A stretch of DNA of 64,000 nucleotides from Camelus ferus (taxonomy: Eukaryota). Shown one piece after another: positions 12,315-26,060 of this stretch. Numbering within the stretch: the first letter of the stretch is position 1; every line of letters begins with the position of its first letter. Location of the stretch: the NCBI RefSeq assembly GCF_009834535.1, contig NC_045696.1, positions 16,618,001 through 16,682,000 of the forward strand, in the 5' to 3' direction. The notes under the pieces are model-generated. The model was not told where the DNA came from and did no database searches. It worked only from the letters and a program-made list of their open reading frames with translations. Position numbers and translations under genes: made by a program.

Positions 12315-15300
12315 ACGCAACACCCAAAGTCACCACGAGGTTAAGTGAAGGCCTGGTTTTGTTTCTGGAAAAGATAAATTATAGAGTGTTCTGCCTGCCT
12401 GCACACCACTGTTGGGGCTGAATGAAGTAATTCAAGCAGACAAACATTTAAAAAAGTTAAGATTTTATTCTGTTTTCTTCCTGCCTCAGACACATGATGG
12501 ATAAAAATGAAGGAGGCCTCTTAAATCCTCCTTCTGAGTGTGTCTAGTGTTAGCGCTGAAGCCAGGACGCGCTCACCTGGGACAACACACCAGGCGTCCC
12601 AGATGTCGGACTTTCACCAGAAGCATTAGAACATTCCAGGAGACACAGGCTTTCAAGGTGCTTTACCTGGGACGTCAGTCAGTAGGTGTTCAGTCATTTC
12701 ATGTCTGTAATAGCATCTGATGAGCAAAACCATCACTACGTTTGGGCCAGAACTTCACAGACTGGCTCACTACAGTTCTTAATATACAATTGGACTTAAA
12801 GTCAGGATGATAGAGTTGAAACATAAAACTAACCACCACATTGTTTTTTACTATTGACATAATAAGACATTAAATAATGAAAAACCATATTACAAATGGA
12901 AACTTGTCTTTAGAACTTAAATTTTCCAGAGCTTGATAATTCTTCTTTGGAGAGTGTGTCATTTCTTCTCAGATTCAGTGTTTCTTTTATATTTTAGTCA
13001 AAATTCCAAATACCCCTGGAAGTTATTGCTCAACGTCTTCCTTTAGGATCCTCTTAAAATTTGTCTATTTAACTGGTATTAAAATATATATGTATCATCC
13101 AGCCCTAAGAAAGAACAAATGTTATTCCAATTTTCTTAAATTTGTCAACATTTTGAGGACTATCATATATAAAATAACATTTGTTTTACATTCCGTATGT
13201 CCTCAATAGATATTTCAAACTTACCTGTGTGCAGAACTTCCACTGGAATGATCATTTCTATTCATTTGCCATAAAGCTACTCTCACACCAAGAAAGCTGC
13301 CTTGGATTTTTATATATTTTCAAACAGGTTCTTTTGTCAAGAGAGAGAGCCATAAATATAATTAATATCAGACACAGAAGTGTGGCTGGAAAGTGAACTT
13401 CATGCATCCTGACTCTAATCGCAAATTGTTTTCAGTCTTTATGGCCACATCACGTAGAATTGGATTTAATCAGAGTTTAAAGGCGAATCCTTGGCCCCAT
13501 CTGCTTGTTCCCTCCATCTCTCTGTCTCCTCTCCTCAGCCCTCTGGGTCTTTTGCTCTCGTTGTGAAAGTCAAGCTCCCCACACAGGCTCCTGCTCCAGG
13601 CGAGGGGTCTATGGCCCTGGGGTTTGGAATCATTCATCCTTAGAATACAGCCATACCTGAGATTAGATGAAGTAACTGTGACTGCAACTGAATTTTGCCT
13701 TAAACGAGAATTTGTGTTAATCCATATGCTCTTTTGTTTGTGCTCTGAATGGCTTTTACCCAATTCACAGTGACCAATTTAAACCAGAGGAGAAAAGATT
13801 TTGTTAAAAATTAAATTTGCTCTGTGTTTATATGGGCAGTGAACCATACCCAACTAAATGACTTTTTAAAAATCCTTCGCTTCAAGGCTGGCTCTAAATA
13901 CAGCTAGGATAGTTGACTATACTGTATGTGGTGTCACTTAGAGTGATGCTCATGTGTTGCCTCATACATGCCTTCTCTGCTCTGATCTGTGAATAATAGC
14001 TAACACTTTTGTGGTACTTACCCTGTGCCAGGCTCTGTTCTCCACCACTCCTCTGCCAGAAAACTTTAATATTCTGAAATAATCTCAACTCCCATGGTCT
14101 GCCACCCACAACTGTCCTCCAGGTGGAAATGTTTTCATTATCCTTTCTCCAGTGAACTCTTTTCCCTGGTATGGCATCTACCATTAAAAATCCCACCAGA
14201 AGACCCAAATTCTCTTCTAGAACAAGTCTCCCCAAATCTCATTAAAGAATGTTCTTTCCCCTTATGCCTTAGTCCTACTAGCACCTTAATTAATGAATTT
14301 TTCCTTTCAATTATCAGAAAGCTTATTCCCTGATTCTAGGTTTCTAGCCCTTGACTATTATTTATGGCTTCCTTCATAAATAATTTCCATCTCCCACAAT
14401 CACTATAGCCAATTGAATTTTATTTTAAGAGCTACGTTACAAACCAATCATTTGTCCTGAAATTAAGACTCAATTTGTATAGAAAAATTAATTCCATGAA
14501 ATCAGGTATTAGATTAAAATGTTTTTTAGAATATTTTTATGTAATTATATGATGATTAAAAACTTCAGAAATAAAAGGAAAGTTTTTTTTTAATGAAACA
14601 TATTTTAACCAAGACTATTTAAAGATGACAGTGTATAAAAAATCAGAAAATTCAAATATAAGTAACAACATAAATTGGAAGTCCTTCCAGTGGAGAGTTT
14701 TAGATATAATAATTTTCTGAAATAGATATAGAAGTAATTAATTCATTGCAGGTTTCTAAGAGACTAAAAAGAATCCATTTAATCTCTGACTCTTGTGCAT
14801 TATAATGCAGGATGTATTCAGATCCAGATGGCTCTTTAGGTGGACTGCTTGATTTAAATGAAGTAGAATAGAATCAAGTACTTGCTTTGACTGGAATGGT
14901 TTAAAATTTGGGGACATTTTTGAAGTGGCATCAGGCTTGTATCTTCTGCATCATTTATGATTTTCCTTTTGATTTTACAGCCGTATCTGTATGGGCTGAG
15001 TTTATTTCTCGCATTAGCTGAATGGAATAGAGAGATGAACTCAGGTCTGGAAACCTTCCCTGACACAGTCAAGTTCCTGTTGACTAATTCTATGACCGTC
15101 GAGAACTGTCTCGGCGTCCTGGAGGCCAAACGCTGCTGTGCAGCCTGGGCTTGGAGTCGAGAGGGTGGTTTCTATGCCACTTCATCTCAGTGGACGAGGA
15201 GAGGATGCAGCACGCCTCTGGTCCCACGTTCACAGCCCCTTGTGCTGGTGGAAGATGAGGTGTGAGTGGAGGGGCTGTGGGCGTGATGAATACTTGAATG

Positions 15301-16168
15301 ACTCATGGGCAAGGGGCATTAACAGGGCTCTGAATCACACGCCACTTGCTGTAACTTTCATATGATAGGCTTGGAAAGCACCTCCACATGGAGGAAAGAT
15401 GGGTTGCTGTACTCTTTCAGAAGGGCTCCAGTACAGAGAGCTATCTTCATTTTGAAAAACCCTGAGAATCCCTGAAAGATGACCTAACCAGTCAGTGACC
15501 TGCAGCCCTCTCCCTCACCCCAAATTGTGGTGTTTATCCTCTCCCTTGGAGAACGGAGCAGCCTCCCACTATAGCTTGAATCACAGGGAGACTTAAATTC
15601 CGACAACGGTCTAACCATTCCCTCAGCTCGGAGAAGTTTAAGTGTCTCAGCCACCCGAGGTTAATTTCATGTAGGATCCTTATCGTATATTTTAAATATT
15701 GTTTTGAAAATTAAATGGGTTTGGAGGATTTCCCCCACTCCCCTATCCACTTACCAAAGGCAATAACTTCTCATGCCAGGAAAGTTGGAAAAGTAAAAAA
15801 GAAAACAAAATTATTCATGGTTCTGATCAATCAAACTAAACCACTGGAAATTGTTAGCTTTTTTTAAAATCCAAATTCCCTCACACCATCCCTCTTGCCC
15901 TATATATGTGCTTATTCCATCCTTTTCCATGTTGGATTTTATCATCTATTTATAACTCTCTTAAGAGTTATACATTTTTGCTTTGGATAATTTGGTAAAT
16001 GAAGAAATGTATATGGAAGCAGAAAAAGCAACCATCACCAATGTTAATGGTTTGGCATATTTCTTTACCAACCATGTTCATTGTCAGCGTAAAGGTTTTC
16101 TTTTGTAACCAAAAGCTTTTACTTTTGAAAACTGAATAAGAGAATATTTTAAGGATCTATCAAAACTT

Positions 16169-16530
16169 TTTTTAATTCTTATTTTTTTATTGAAGTGTAG
16201 TCGATTTACAGTGTTAGTTTCAGGTGTACAGCAAAGCGATTCAGTTATATAGATATATACATAAATATATATTTTTTCAGTTTCTTTTCCATAATGGCTC
16301 ATTACAAGAAACTGAATATAGTTCCCTGTGCTATACAGTAGGTTCTTGTTGTTTGTCTATTTTATGTATTGTGATGTGTATCTTTTAATCCCAAACTCCT
16401 AATCTATCCTTCCCGGCCACTTCTCCCTTGATAACCACAGTTTGTTTTTTATATCTATGAGTCTATTTCTGGTTTGTAAATAGAATTTGTATCTTTTTTT
16501 TAAGATTCCACATATAAGCGATATCATATG
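16169..16530 (-). mobile_element. L1 3' end insertion
   Basis: Perfect 18-bp TSD AAGGATCTATCAAAACTT (16151-16168 / 16531-16548); L1 3'UTR sequence; T-rich tail. Confidence 0.95.
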
Positions 16531-16614
16531 AAGGATCTATCAAAACTTAAAAAAAAAAAAAGCCTCCAAAGTATTTCCAATATACTATTTGTTGAGGAAG
16601 CAAAGTATATGGAC

Positions 16615-16764
16615 CATCTTTGAGAAGTCTGCATCCCGGAGAGACTTCTCTTTCTCCACAGGGCTGTTGCTTCTCCCTTCCTTTCACAGGCTTTGATCCC
16701 GAATACACATCTTGCACCCAAATGCCATCTCCAGGTCTGCTCCCAGACACCCAGATCTGTGACA
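16615..16764 (+). mobile_element. ERVL LTR 3' fragment (LTR33-like)
   Basis: CACAGGCTTTGATCCC...TGCACCCAAATGCCATCTCCAGGTCTGCTCCCAG...TGTGACA terminus. Confidence 0.6.
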
Positions 16765-19439
16765 CTCCAAAGAAACTGGCAAATTTTGTCTCATTTTGAT
16801 TTTTCTCCAAATCTCTGCAAATATTGATCCCCTGAAAATGTACAAAGATTTACAGAAAATAATGTTTAGTCTTTTTATGTACTTCTCACTGGCTTTAATT
16901 TTGTTTTCATAGACTCTGCCTTATCTACAGTTCATGGGGAATATTTCAAAACACAGACAATAGTTACTTTCCATGTGATGAGGAGTACTGAGTACCTATT
17001 GGGGGCAAGGCATGTATCAGATGCATTTTCTGTTGTTAAGAAGTAAGACGGAAGGAATGCATTGTGTTTATGTTATATTAGCAAACAAATTGAAAACTCA
17101 CTTGAGGCCATCCTCTGCAGTACAGAATCCAGAGAACCACACAGATGCAGCAGATAGCACATCTGGAATAAGACCAGGGAACCAAAGATTCCAACTTTTG
17201 TATTTGGGAAGAATCGCAGGTGTGATGAATTTTGGAATTAGAATCCTTTAGTTAGAAAGCTTTTATTTAATTTTCCAAATAACGGAAAATTGCATTTCCC
17301 CTAGATCTATTAACAAAAATTTACAGAAAGAATCATTTTAGTAGCTTTTCACTGGCCATGATCTATGCAAACAAAGTCATTTAGTATTTTGATTACATGG
17401 GAAAAATCTCACATGATGATCAATTGATCTAATTTCTACGTGATTAATAAAGCACTCCGCCATTAACATGTGGTTAGAGATGTGAGTTTTTTCCTTTCCT
17501 TCCTTCCCTTCTCCCTTCCTTGCCTTCCCTCTCTCCCTGCCTCCTTCTCTCACGTTCTTTCTCCATCTTCTAGTTTTTTTTTTTACAGAATTTTTAAGAA
17601 AACCTCTAAGACATAATATTAATGTCTGTTCTAGAAGAATTTTCCTCACATTATTGAGACCTTTCATACTGAATTTCTGTTTCATCTCTCATATTTATCC
17701 CAGATTTAAATGAGCGTGTTTGTTTTAAATTGGTTTTAAGATAATTGTCTCTAATTGCTGAATTATATTTTTGAACCAATTCGCAAGAGATTTGGTGTAG
17801 AAATCAGCAACTTCCCATTTATGTTCATGAGCTCCCTGAATCCTCATCACGGAGCCAGAGATGCTGGGAAGTGGTTTATTGACAAGGGCTACATTCTGGC
17901 TACTTTGTATATTTTCTCTGCAAGGAGGTGTGAACACTGAGCGTTGTTTTTTCCAGCACCAAGCTTCTTGTTCCCAGGAGGGTTAGATGAATAACACAGG
18001 CAACTTAACATCCTCAGTATTCTCTCAGATTTATTCTGGTTATCTCAGTAAGGAGAGATGAAGACATCCACGATGTGACAGCAACTTGGACTCTGGTTAG
18101 TGCGTAGTGTGAGGGAGAAAGAAATCTGATGTTCTGGGTATAAAACAGAGGTTGGGTTCTACAGTGAGCATCTGAAGGGTCTGAGCTCATGGTCACCAGC
18201 TCTCACTTGAGGGACATGTAGTAGGGGGTCCTGTCATCCCTTCACCTTGTGAAACACCAGCATTTTCCAGGTAACTTAACTCTCTGTAGAAATGAGGAGA
18301 TGGCAGGATGTCAACAGAAGAATTTGCATCCGGGCTAAAATAGTGTCTCAAGCAATTTGGTCGCCTTTGTAGCAACCTGGGGGGCGTTTTTCAGTTTCAG
18401 TGTCCGACATTAGCAGTGAGACTTATCACCTGCCTGCTCAGGTCTGCTTGCAGTGGATAGGGGCTCCGATCAAGGGGGTCATGAGTGAGTTTATGAATGT
18501 GAGTCGGGACTCCTAAGGTGTGAGACGTTGTGACAGCTTACGTGGCCAGTCTATTACCGTCATTAACATGTAGCGATGCGCCTGCCGAGTCAGTTTCAGG
18601 TGCTGAGATCCTTAGCTAATGCTGTTGGTTGTATGCAGCTTTGAAATTGTCCTTCTGAAAATATGAAGCAAATGGCAGGATCAAAAGCTCTGATATCCGT
18701 CTCCCTTCTGGAGCATTAGGGATAGAGAAATACAGAAGATAGGATCCAAATGTAGTTTTGTGGGCAGATGCCAGAGATGTCTTTAATTCAATACTAGGGA
18801 GTTTTAAGGTTATTTCTTAGCTGAGGGGCACACATAAGAATACTTAAGAAAGGGAATGACATGGTATCTTTACAAGAGGATGTTTAATCAGGCAAAGGTC
18901 TGCAGGATGCACTGGAGAGAGGCACCCAAGGAGGGGACAGGCAGTTATCAAGGCTTTAGCCCACAGTCCAACTTCCAGAAAACTGTTACCAGCCCCGGAA
19001 AAAGGCAGGGAGGAATCTTTAGACTCTGGAAGGAAACGATCTTTACTCAAATTTAGAGGACACACCCTTAAACTGTACCCTCAATCCAATCAGAAGATAC
19101 CAAGAACCATCTGGTGCAAATGAAAACAAATCTGTTGACATGGGTGTAAGCGCAGTCAAGGGGACCACAGCCAGCCTCTTCTTAGAGCACTGAGACCCAC
19201 AGGCTAGAAACCCTAGTGGTGTCTCAAGCACAGCTTATTCAAAGGGTTCTAATGCCACCTGGTATTGTGTGACCACAGCTGTGGTCACACTCATCTGCCC
19301 ACTGACATGGTTTTGATTTCGTTTTCTAATCATTTCTACCCATACGACCCTGTCATGAGTGCTCATGTGTGATCAAGCTACAGCTGCCCTTCTGCTAGCG
19401 ACACTTTGACCCCACTGCTCCCTGGAAGGGTCTCTTTCT

Positions 19440-20560
19440 CTAATAGCTGAAGCAATCCAAAAGATAGCGATATGATCTTAGTCGTGGCAGTGGGAAGGGA
19501 GAAGCAGGTTTGCAGTGAGAGCTGTGGAAGGTTGACTGGTCAGGACTGGGTAATAAACTGGATGCAGCCATTACAGAAGAGAGAAGAGGCAAGCTGAGCC
19601 TACTTCTGGGTGTTTAAACTCTTTGAGTCTAAAGCTCAGGATATTGTTCCCAGAAAGACCCGTGTACACACCTTTCACCTACAATTTCAGGAGGTTCATG
19701 GATGTGGTAGCCAAGGTTAAGAACCTCTTTTGTAGAGAAAAACCCTGGAGGCAGGACTGGATGATCTGCAAGGCATTTGGTGCTTCCTCAACACTGGGGT
19801 GGTTATACAACTTGAGTATGGATATATTGTTGGAGCCATTGATAGCTGCAAAGAAGTCAGGATGGTGAGCTGGTGTGTCTGTGAGACACTAAAGAGTGTA
19901 GAGAAGAAATGTATTTTGTTCAGGACTAGTCAACCTGTATGCATTCATAAAGAGATGTTGAGCAGATCATGAAAGGCATACACTGATAAAGTGTTTATTG
20001 CATTAGATCTGCACTATCTAATATGGTAGCCATTGGCTACATGTGGCCACTGAGGACTTTAAAGAAATATGGCTCAGTCTGGGATGCACTGTAAATAGAA
20101 AGTACACAGTCATTTTGAAGATAGTCCAAAAAGCAAACCAAAAAAAAAAAAAAAAAAAAAAGGAAAAATACCTTATTTAAAGATGATTATCATCATATTT
20201 TGAATATACTGGGTTCTATAAAATATGTTGATAAAATTAACTTCATCTGCTTCTTTTTAAATGTGGCTACTAGAAAATTTAGCATTATGTATGTGACTTG
20301 CAACTGTGGCTTGCACTGTATTTCTCAGCAGACAACACTGCTCTAGCTAATGTTTATGGGTAGTTATTGGTGAGGACTTGGGAAGAGCTGAGACCTCGGT
20401 GGGAAGGATGTAAAATGCAAAGTGTAGAGAGTTGAGGACATGATTGTGGAGAATGCCCACATTCATAGGTCTAGAAGGAAGGGGAAGCTGGGAAGGAGCT
20501 AGAGAGTAAATACAAGAGAAGAAGAAGACACTGAATCACAAGAACAAGAGGAAGAGGGAG
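19440..20560 (-). mobile_element. Fragmented LINE-2, interrupted by DNA transposons
   Basis: Purine-rich L2-like blocks at 19440-19620, 19850-19990 and 20345-20560. Confidence 0.5.
20009..20340. mobile_element. hAT-Charlie MITE (MER33-like)
   Basis: CTGCACTATCTAATATGGTAGCC...CACATGTGGC-like start; AATGTGGCTACTAGAAAATTTA...GACAACACTG end; CTAGA-like target site. Confidence 0.8.
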
Positions 20561-21584
20561 CTTTAGGGGGAGGGCTTAGGGAAGAGGGTTGCGCTAAGTA
20601 ATTTGGCCTTTATTTATTGTAGAGGTTCTTCCTCTAGAAAGAGAGATGATCGAATTTAAATTTTTAGATGATTTTGGCAACAAAATAAAGGATTGGTCTG
20701 AGGGAGAAACTGAAGTCCAGGTGGCCCATTAGAAAATTAGGGAATAAGAACAACTCTAAAGACCTTAAGCACCTATGAAGCCAAACAGAAAAGAATCACT
20801 CTCACTTAGAGAAAAAAAAAAAAAAACTTTCTACTTTCTTGCAGTGAAAAATGAGGTGACTGAGATTTTAATTTAAGCCCTATATCTTCTGTTTCTAGAA
20901 TCCAAGAGAATGGGTTGCAATGAAAATCAATGCTGAAGATGATTAAAGATGCTGTGTGTGGGAAAACAGAAAGATGTAAAGGAACTAAGGACACAAAAAA
21001 TTATAGGATTTCTAAGAAACAAAGGTTGTATTTTTGTATAAATGTCCCATGTAGGAAAAAGAGAAAAGAATATTATTCCCCATCCTTGAGAACATGACAG
21101 TAGGAAAGAATGGTTTCTAAAAAGAGTTTTCCTTGGGGCTCTGGCTTCATAACTTATGATCATTTCAGGTACTTCTCAATGTTTACAAATTGAACAAGCT
21201 GTGTCCTAGGATGTCCTTTAAGCAGAAAATGTGGTACATACAATGATTTATTTGGAGCTCCATTTAGGTCAAAGAACAGACTGAAGTCTATGAAAGTACA
21301 AAATTCAGAGTACCAAGTAAAGGTGAGCTGAATGTTTTGAAGGTATGTGGATACTGCTTAAATGTATGTTTTAAATTCTTTGCTATTTTAAAGGAAAAGA
21401 GGAAAAAATTATGGTAAATGAAAATCAATGGAAGTGGTTACACAAGAGAACTAAACAAAAGGGAAATAGCTGAGTCATTAAAGACATTTGGAAGCCAGGT
21501 CTGGGTGGGGCACCATATGAGTGAAATACTCTATAGGAGCTTCTACGTACAGAATTAGAATAAAACCCATGTCTGTTGCAGAAT

Positions 21585-21785
21585 AATAATAGTAATAATA
21601 GTAATTAATAAGTAGTGGTAAATAACACTTATTAAGCACATAGTATGTATCAGATAGTGTTTATGTGTTTATAAGTTTTCATTCCTTTATTTATCACAAT
21701 AACCTCACAAAATAGGTATTATCTCCATGTTATAGTTGAGGCACAGTGAGATTAGGTAATTCACCCAGGTCACACATCTAGCCTA
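21585..21785 (-). mobile_element. MIR SINE
   Basis: CACAATAACCTC...TAGGTATTATCTCCATGTTATAG...TGAGGCACAG...CCCAGGTCACACA core. Confidence 0.8.
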
Positions 21786-21825
21786 CTATATCATCTGTCT
21801 CCTCAAATGTTAGGAAGACACAAGT

Positions 21826-22190
21826 TGTATCAGGCAGTGTTGTCTGGGTTATGCTGTGGTAACAAATAGCTCCTAAAAATCTTAGTGGTCTCTAACAATG
21901 AGTTTAACTTTTTTTGTTGTGGTCTCTAAACTCCATCTCTGGTTCATCAGAAATGAACATGCTCTGCTTCATTTCTGGTCTTTGAAGAAGCAGGTCCTGT
22001 CTAGGACGTTGTTAGTCTTTTGGCAGGGGAACTATACAGCAGTGGAAGAACCACATGATGGCTCTAATAGCTTCTACCAGAAGTGGAACATACCACTTTC
22101 TCTTACATTTCTTTGGCCAAAATAAGTCACTTGTCAAGCCTGCCAAGGGTGTGAGAAGTATAATGCCTCTGCAGGGTTGGCCTTTGGAGG
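21826..22190 (-). mobile_element. MaLR solo LTR (old MLT1)
   Basis: GGTTATGCTGTGGTAACAAATAG...TCTTAGTGG start; TTGGCCAAAATAAGTCAC block. Confidence 0.7.
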
Positions 22191-23567
22191 AAGAGGACCC
22201 ATGGGGAGGGTTTTTTGGTTCTTTTTGTTGTTGTTGTTCATATGAATCTTTAGTATTAGAGGGACAAGAATCAAAGATTGGTTGATTTGACTTTGTTTCA
22301 CACCAAAGAGTTAATGTTATGACCCCAAAAGTTAATTCTTCGGCTGTTGGTATTAAATGGGGGATTGACAGAGAGTCATGTGAATGGGAGATTCTGAAAT
22401 TGAGAGCATCTCCCCCCTCCTCCCGATAACCAAGCGAGGACATCTAAGCCAGTGGCAAAATCCTTGCTGAGCAGGACACTTGGGAGGAAGACTGAATTTT
22501 AACAATGTATTAAGTCACAGGGGTCAGAAGGTAAGGACTGACCTGGGTTGAGAGCTGGTAGGGAGGGTAGACCAAGCAAGGAGAGAGAAATCCCAGGGTC
22601 TGGTGAAGACTGAAGATTTAGTTCAGTTATCAAGGTGGGAGTTGGGGGGACACGCTCTGAATTCTTTTGTCTGAACCCCGCCCCCCACCATGAATTCCTC
22701 GGGAGCAGGCTATGAACTAATGAACATCAATGTGTGAAAACAGGAACAATTAGGGACAGTCCTATTCATTAAAATGTGCAGGAAGATGGACACAACATAT
22801 CTACAAAAACCAAGCAATCAGAACATGGACTCCTGCAGGCAGGCAGGTAGAATGGACACGGGAGGAAATGGAAAGAGCACTTTAATTCCTGAACTGATGT
22901 TAAATTCAGCCTGAATTTATTGGACACATTGATCATTTGCATGCAAATCAATCTGGTTTAAAGACTCTCACTAAAGATATTTCCACAAAGATGTAAACTG
23001 ATACTTGATGAGTACAGTCAAATCAAGTGGTGATCACTTTTTGGAACCTAGAATAAATTCACATCAGGTGAGGGCAAAATATTTAGAAATAAGACCATTT
23101 ATTTTCCTTTCCAATAGTGCAGAACCATAAACATTGTGGCAATAAATTGGAACATTTGGGAAATGGAGACAAAAAATCAGATTTAATTTCATCACCTGTA
23201 TATGCAAAAATTCTTCAAATTTTTGTGCATGCCTTATAGTCATTCCCTAATGCATACTGTAATTACAGATTTTAAAATTCTATTGTAATAAAGCCTTTTC
23301 CATAAATAATTTTCCATGTTAAAGCACAGCCCTTATGATGATAATGATTGGAAAATTGTCCACTATTACATAATTACATAATTTGTTATTCTTTTATCAT
23401 TAAATATTTAGTTTCTTTCAATTCCTTATCATTATTAGCAATACTGAGTAGATGGCTATGTAAATTATGCATATTAAATTTTTTTGTAGTAGCACAATTC
23501 TAAAACTGGGTCAAAGGTTATAAACTTTTTATGACTACATGTGAATTGATTTTAAAAATAAGTGCAT

Positions 23568-24097
23568 TACAGTAGCCAAGACATGGAAGCAACCTAAGTG
23601 TCCATCAACAAATGAATGGAAAAAGAAGATGTGGTGTATATATGCAATGGGATATTACTCAGCCATAAAAAAAGAATGAAATAGTGTCATTTGCAGCAAC
23701 ATGGATGGACCCAGAGATGTTCATACTGAGTAGGGTAACTCACACAGAAAAAGGCAAATATGTGATATCACTTATATGTAGGATTTAAAAAATTGAGACA
23801 AATGAACTTATTTACAAAACAGAAATAGACTCACAGACATAGAAAACAAATGTATGGTTACCAAAGGGAAAAAAAGAGGGAGAGATAAATTAGGAATCTG
23901 TGATTAAGAGATACAAACTACTATATATAAAATAGATAAACAACAAGGTGCTACAGTATAGCACAGGGAACTATATTCAGTATCTCATAACAAACTTTAA
24001 TGGAAAAGAATCTGAAAAAGAATATATATGTATAACTAAGTCACTTTGTTGTATATCTGAAACACTATAAATCAACTATTCTTCAATAAAAAAATAT
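23568..24097 (+). mobile_element. L1 3' end insertion
   Basis: ORF2 end + 3'UTR; TSD AAAAATAAGTGCAT / AAAAATAACTGTAT (23554-23567 / 24098-24111); flanks look like an older L1ME 3'UTR. Confidence 0.95.
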
Positions 24098-24299
24098 AAA
24101 AATAACTGTATCAATTTACCTAAAATGTGTATGTAATTTACTACACTCTCACTTGGTTTAGGAATTATATTTAAAACCTCACAAAATTGGCTAATTAATA
24201 CAAAAATATGGTACTTTGTGTTAATTTGTATGTTTGAATACTTACAAAGCTGAGTATTGTTCCATGTGTTTATTTCCCAACAGCGCGGGTCATAATTCA

Positions 24300-24770
24300 T
24301 TAATTTACTCCTTCTTTAATTCAATCACTGGACAAATATTTTGAGCACCTCCAATGTGCAGGGTCCTGTTTTTGTTTCTGGGCACACAGCAGTGAGAAAA
24401 CAAAAATCCCTGCCCGTATGGATTTTATATTCTTGGGTAAAGAAGATAATAATAACATAATAATAAACATAATAAGTATTAAAATTGTGTCGTATCTTGA
24501 ACGTTATAATTGCTGTGGAAAGAAAAATAAAGCAGGGTAAAAAGAATAAGCAGTCTGTTGGGAGGAAGTTGCATTTGTAAACAGGAGGATCTGTGATAAA
24601 CAAAGGCTGTGAACAAAGCTTGAACGAGGTGGAGCAGGTCCCATGTGGGTACCTGAGGAGAGAGAGCTACAGGCGGAAACACTCAGTGGTCCAGGGCCCT
24701 AAGTGGGGGCAGGTCTGATGTGCTGGGGGAGAAGCAGAGAGGCTGGTTTGGCTCGCGTGGAGTGAGATCT
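24300..24770 (-). mobile_element. LINE-2 3' fragment
   Basis: CAAATATTTTGAGCACCTCCAATGTGC...CACAGCAGTGAGAAAACAAAAATCCCTGCCC. Confidence 0.75.
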
Positions 24771-24869
24771 TTTGATGACGTTCATTAGTTCAGGAGGAGG
24801 AAGAACAAGAAGAGAAGACATAACTAAACCCATCAAAAGAAGAAGTTTAAAGGAAAAGGTTGTCACCAA

Positions 24870-25075
24870 TGCCGAAATAGGCCAAGGAATCCAGGTAGAA
24901 GACAATGGAAACCAGGTAACCACAGGCAAGAAAGATGAAGGCGGCCAGATCCATTGGCCAGAGGTCAGTCATGTGGCCACACCCAGCTAAAGCGAGGTAC
25001 TAAGTGGAGTTTAGGTTTGAGCCCAAAAAGAAGAGGATACTGGTTGTTTATGAAAAGCCTGAAAGCTCTGTCACA
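24870..25075 (-). mobile_element. MaLR (MLT1) LTR fragment
   Basis: CATTGGCCAGAGGTCAGTCATGTGGCCACACCCAGCT block typical of antisense MLT1. Confidence 0.55.
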
Positions 25076-25334
25076 TCCCATCTAGAATCAACCTAATCAT
25101 TATCAACTGGGATTAACTGGGAAACTACCCGAAGCCCTTCTCTCAAACACAAGATCAAAATATCAATGGCTAAGTCTCACGAATGTGTTTTCTAGGGACT
25201 CTTTTCGGCATCCAGGTTTGAAAACCTCTGGGTGAGCCTATCTTTTGGAAATAAAAATACATCAAAACATTCTTAAAAAGCAACCCCCACCCCAACCTTG
25301 TATAATTTAAAGTAGGTCTGGCTATAATACAAAA

Positions 25335-25353
25335 CAGCCACCAGGTGGCAGAA
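25335..25353 (+). promoter_or_regulatory. Near-consensus CTCF binding motif
   Basis: CAGCCACCAGGTGGCAGAA matches the core CCASYAGRKGGCRS; lies in apparently unique sequence. Confidence 0.7.
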
Positions 25354-25864
25354 GAACTCCATTCTTGTAAGCCTCTTCGTGGTTTCCGTATTTCACTTTT
25401 CCCTATTCCCCCATTTAATTTTCTTTCTTTGGTCTCCACCGGGCCCCCCTCCACCCCGATTTGTTTGCTTGAAATATATAGGATTAAGTTTCTTAAAAAG
25501 ATTGATACTAATATTCTAAACAGATTGCAATATGAAGAATTTCTTTTCTTAGAAAATACCTCTAGTATTGTTAGTGAACCATTCAGAATTAATGCTGTTA
25601 AATATAACATTTCTGTTTTTGATTGAAGCAAAATGTTCTAACTGAATAAAACTAAATATTGAGGTAAAATAACCATAAGAAACTTTTTTAGTGTTTAATA
25701 AGGAAGGTTTGAGGCACAGATTTTATAGATTTATTATTAGCATACATTGTATATGCTTATTTTATTTTTAATGAAAACTTAAATTTCTATTTTTGTAAAG
25801 TTAAAAGCTCTAATGGTAATTCTATACACTGACTTCTCATGAGAACTGTGTCCTGGACTTCGAA

Positions 25865-26060
25865 GAGTTAATGCTATTGGTTCAAACACATCTCATATAA
25901 ATCTGGGTTCCACCTCTTCAGAGATTGACCTTGAGTAAGTGTCTTACACCTCTCAGCTTCTGCTACAAAAATGTAGCAATAATGCCTAGTCTGAAAGGTT
26001 GCTGTGAAGAGTCAGTGACAGAACAAGCAAGTGCTTTATACATACAAAATTAGGTAAATA
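25865..26060 (+). mobile_element. MIR SINE
   Basis: TGACCTTGAGTAAGTGTCTTACACCTCTC...GGTTGCTGTGAAGA...AAGTGCTT. Confidence 0.6.
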
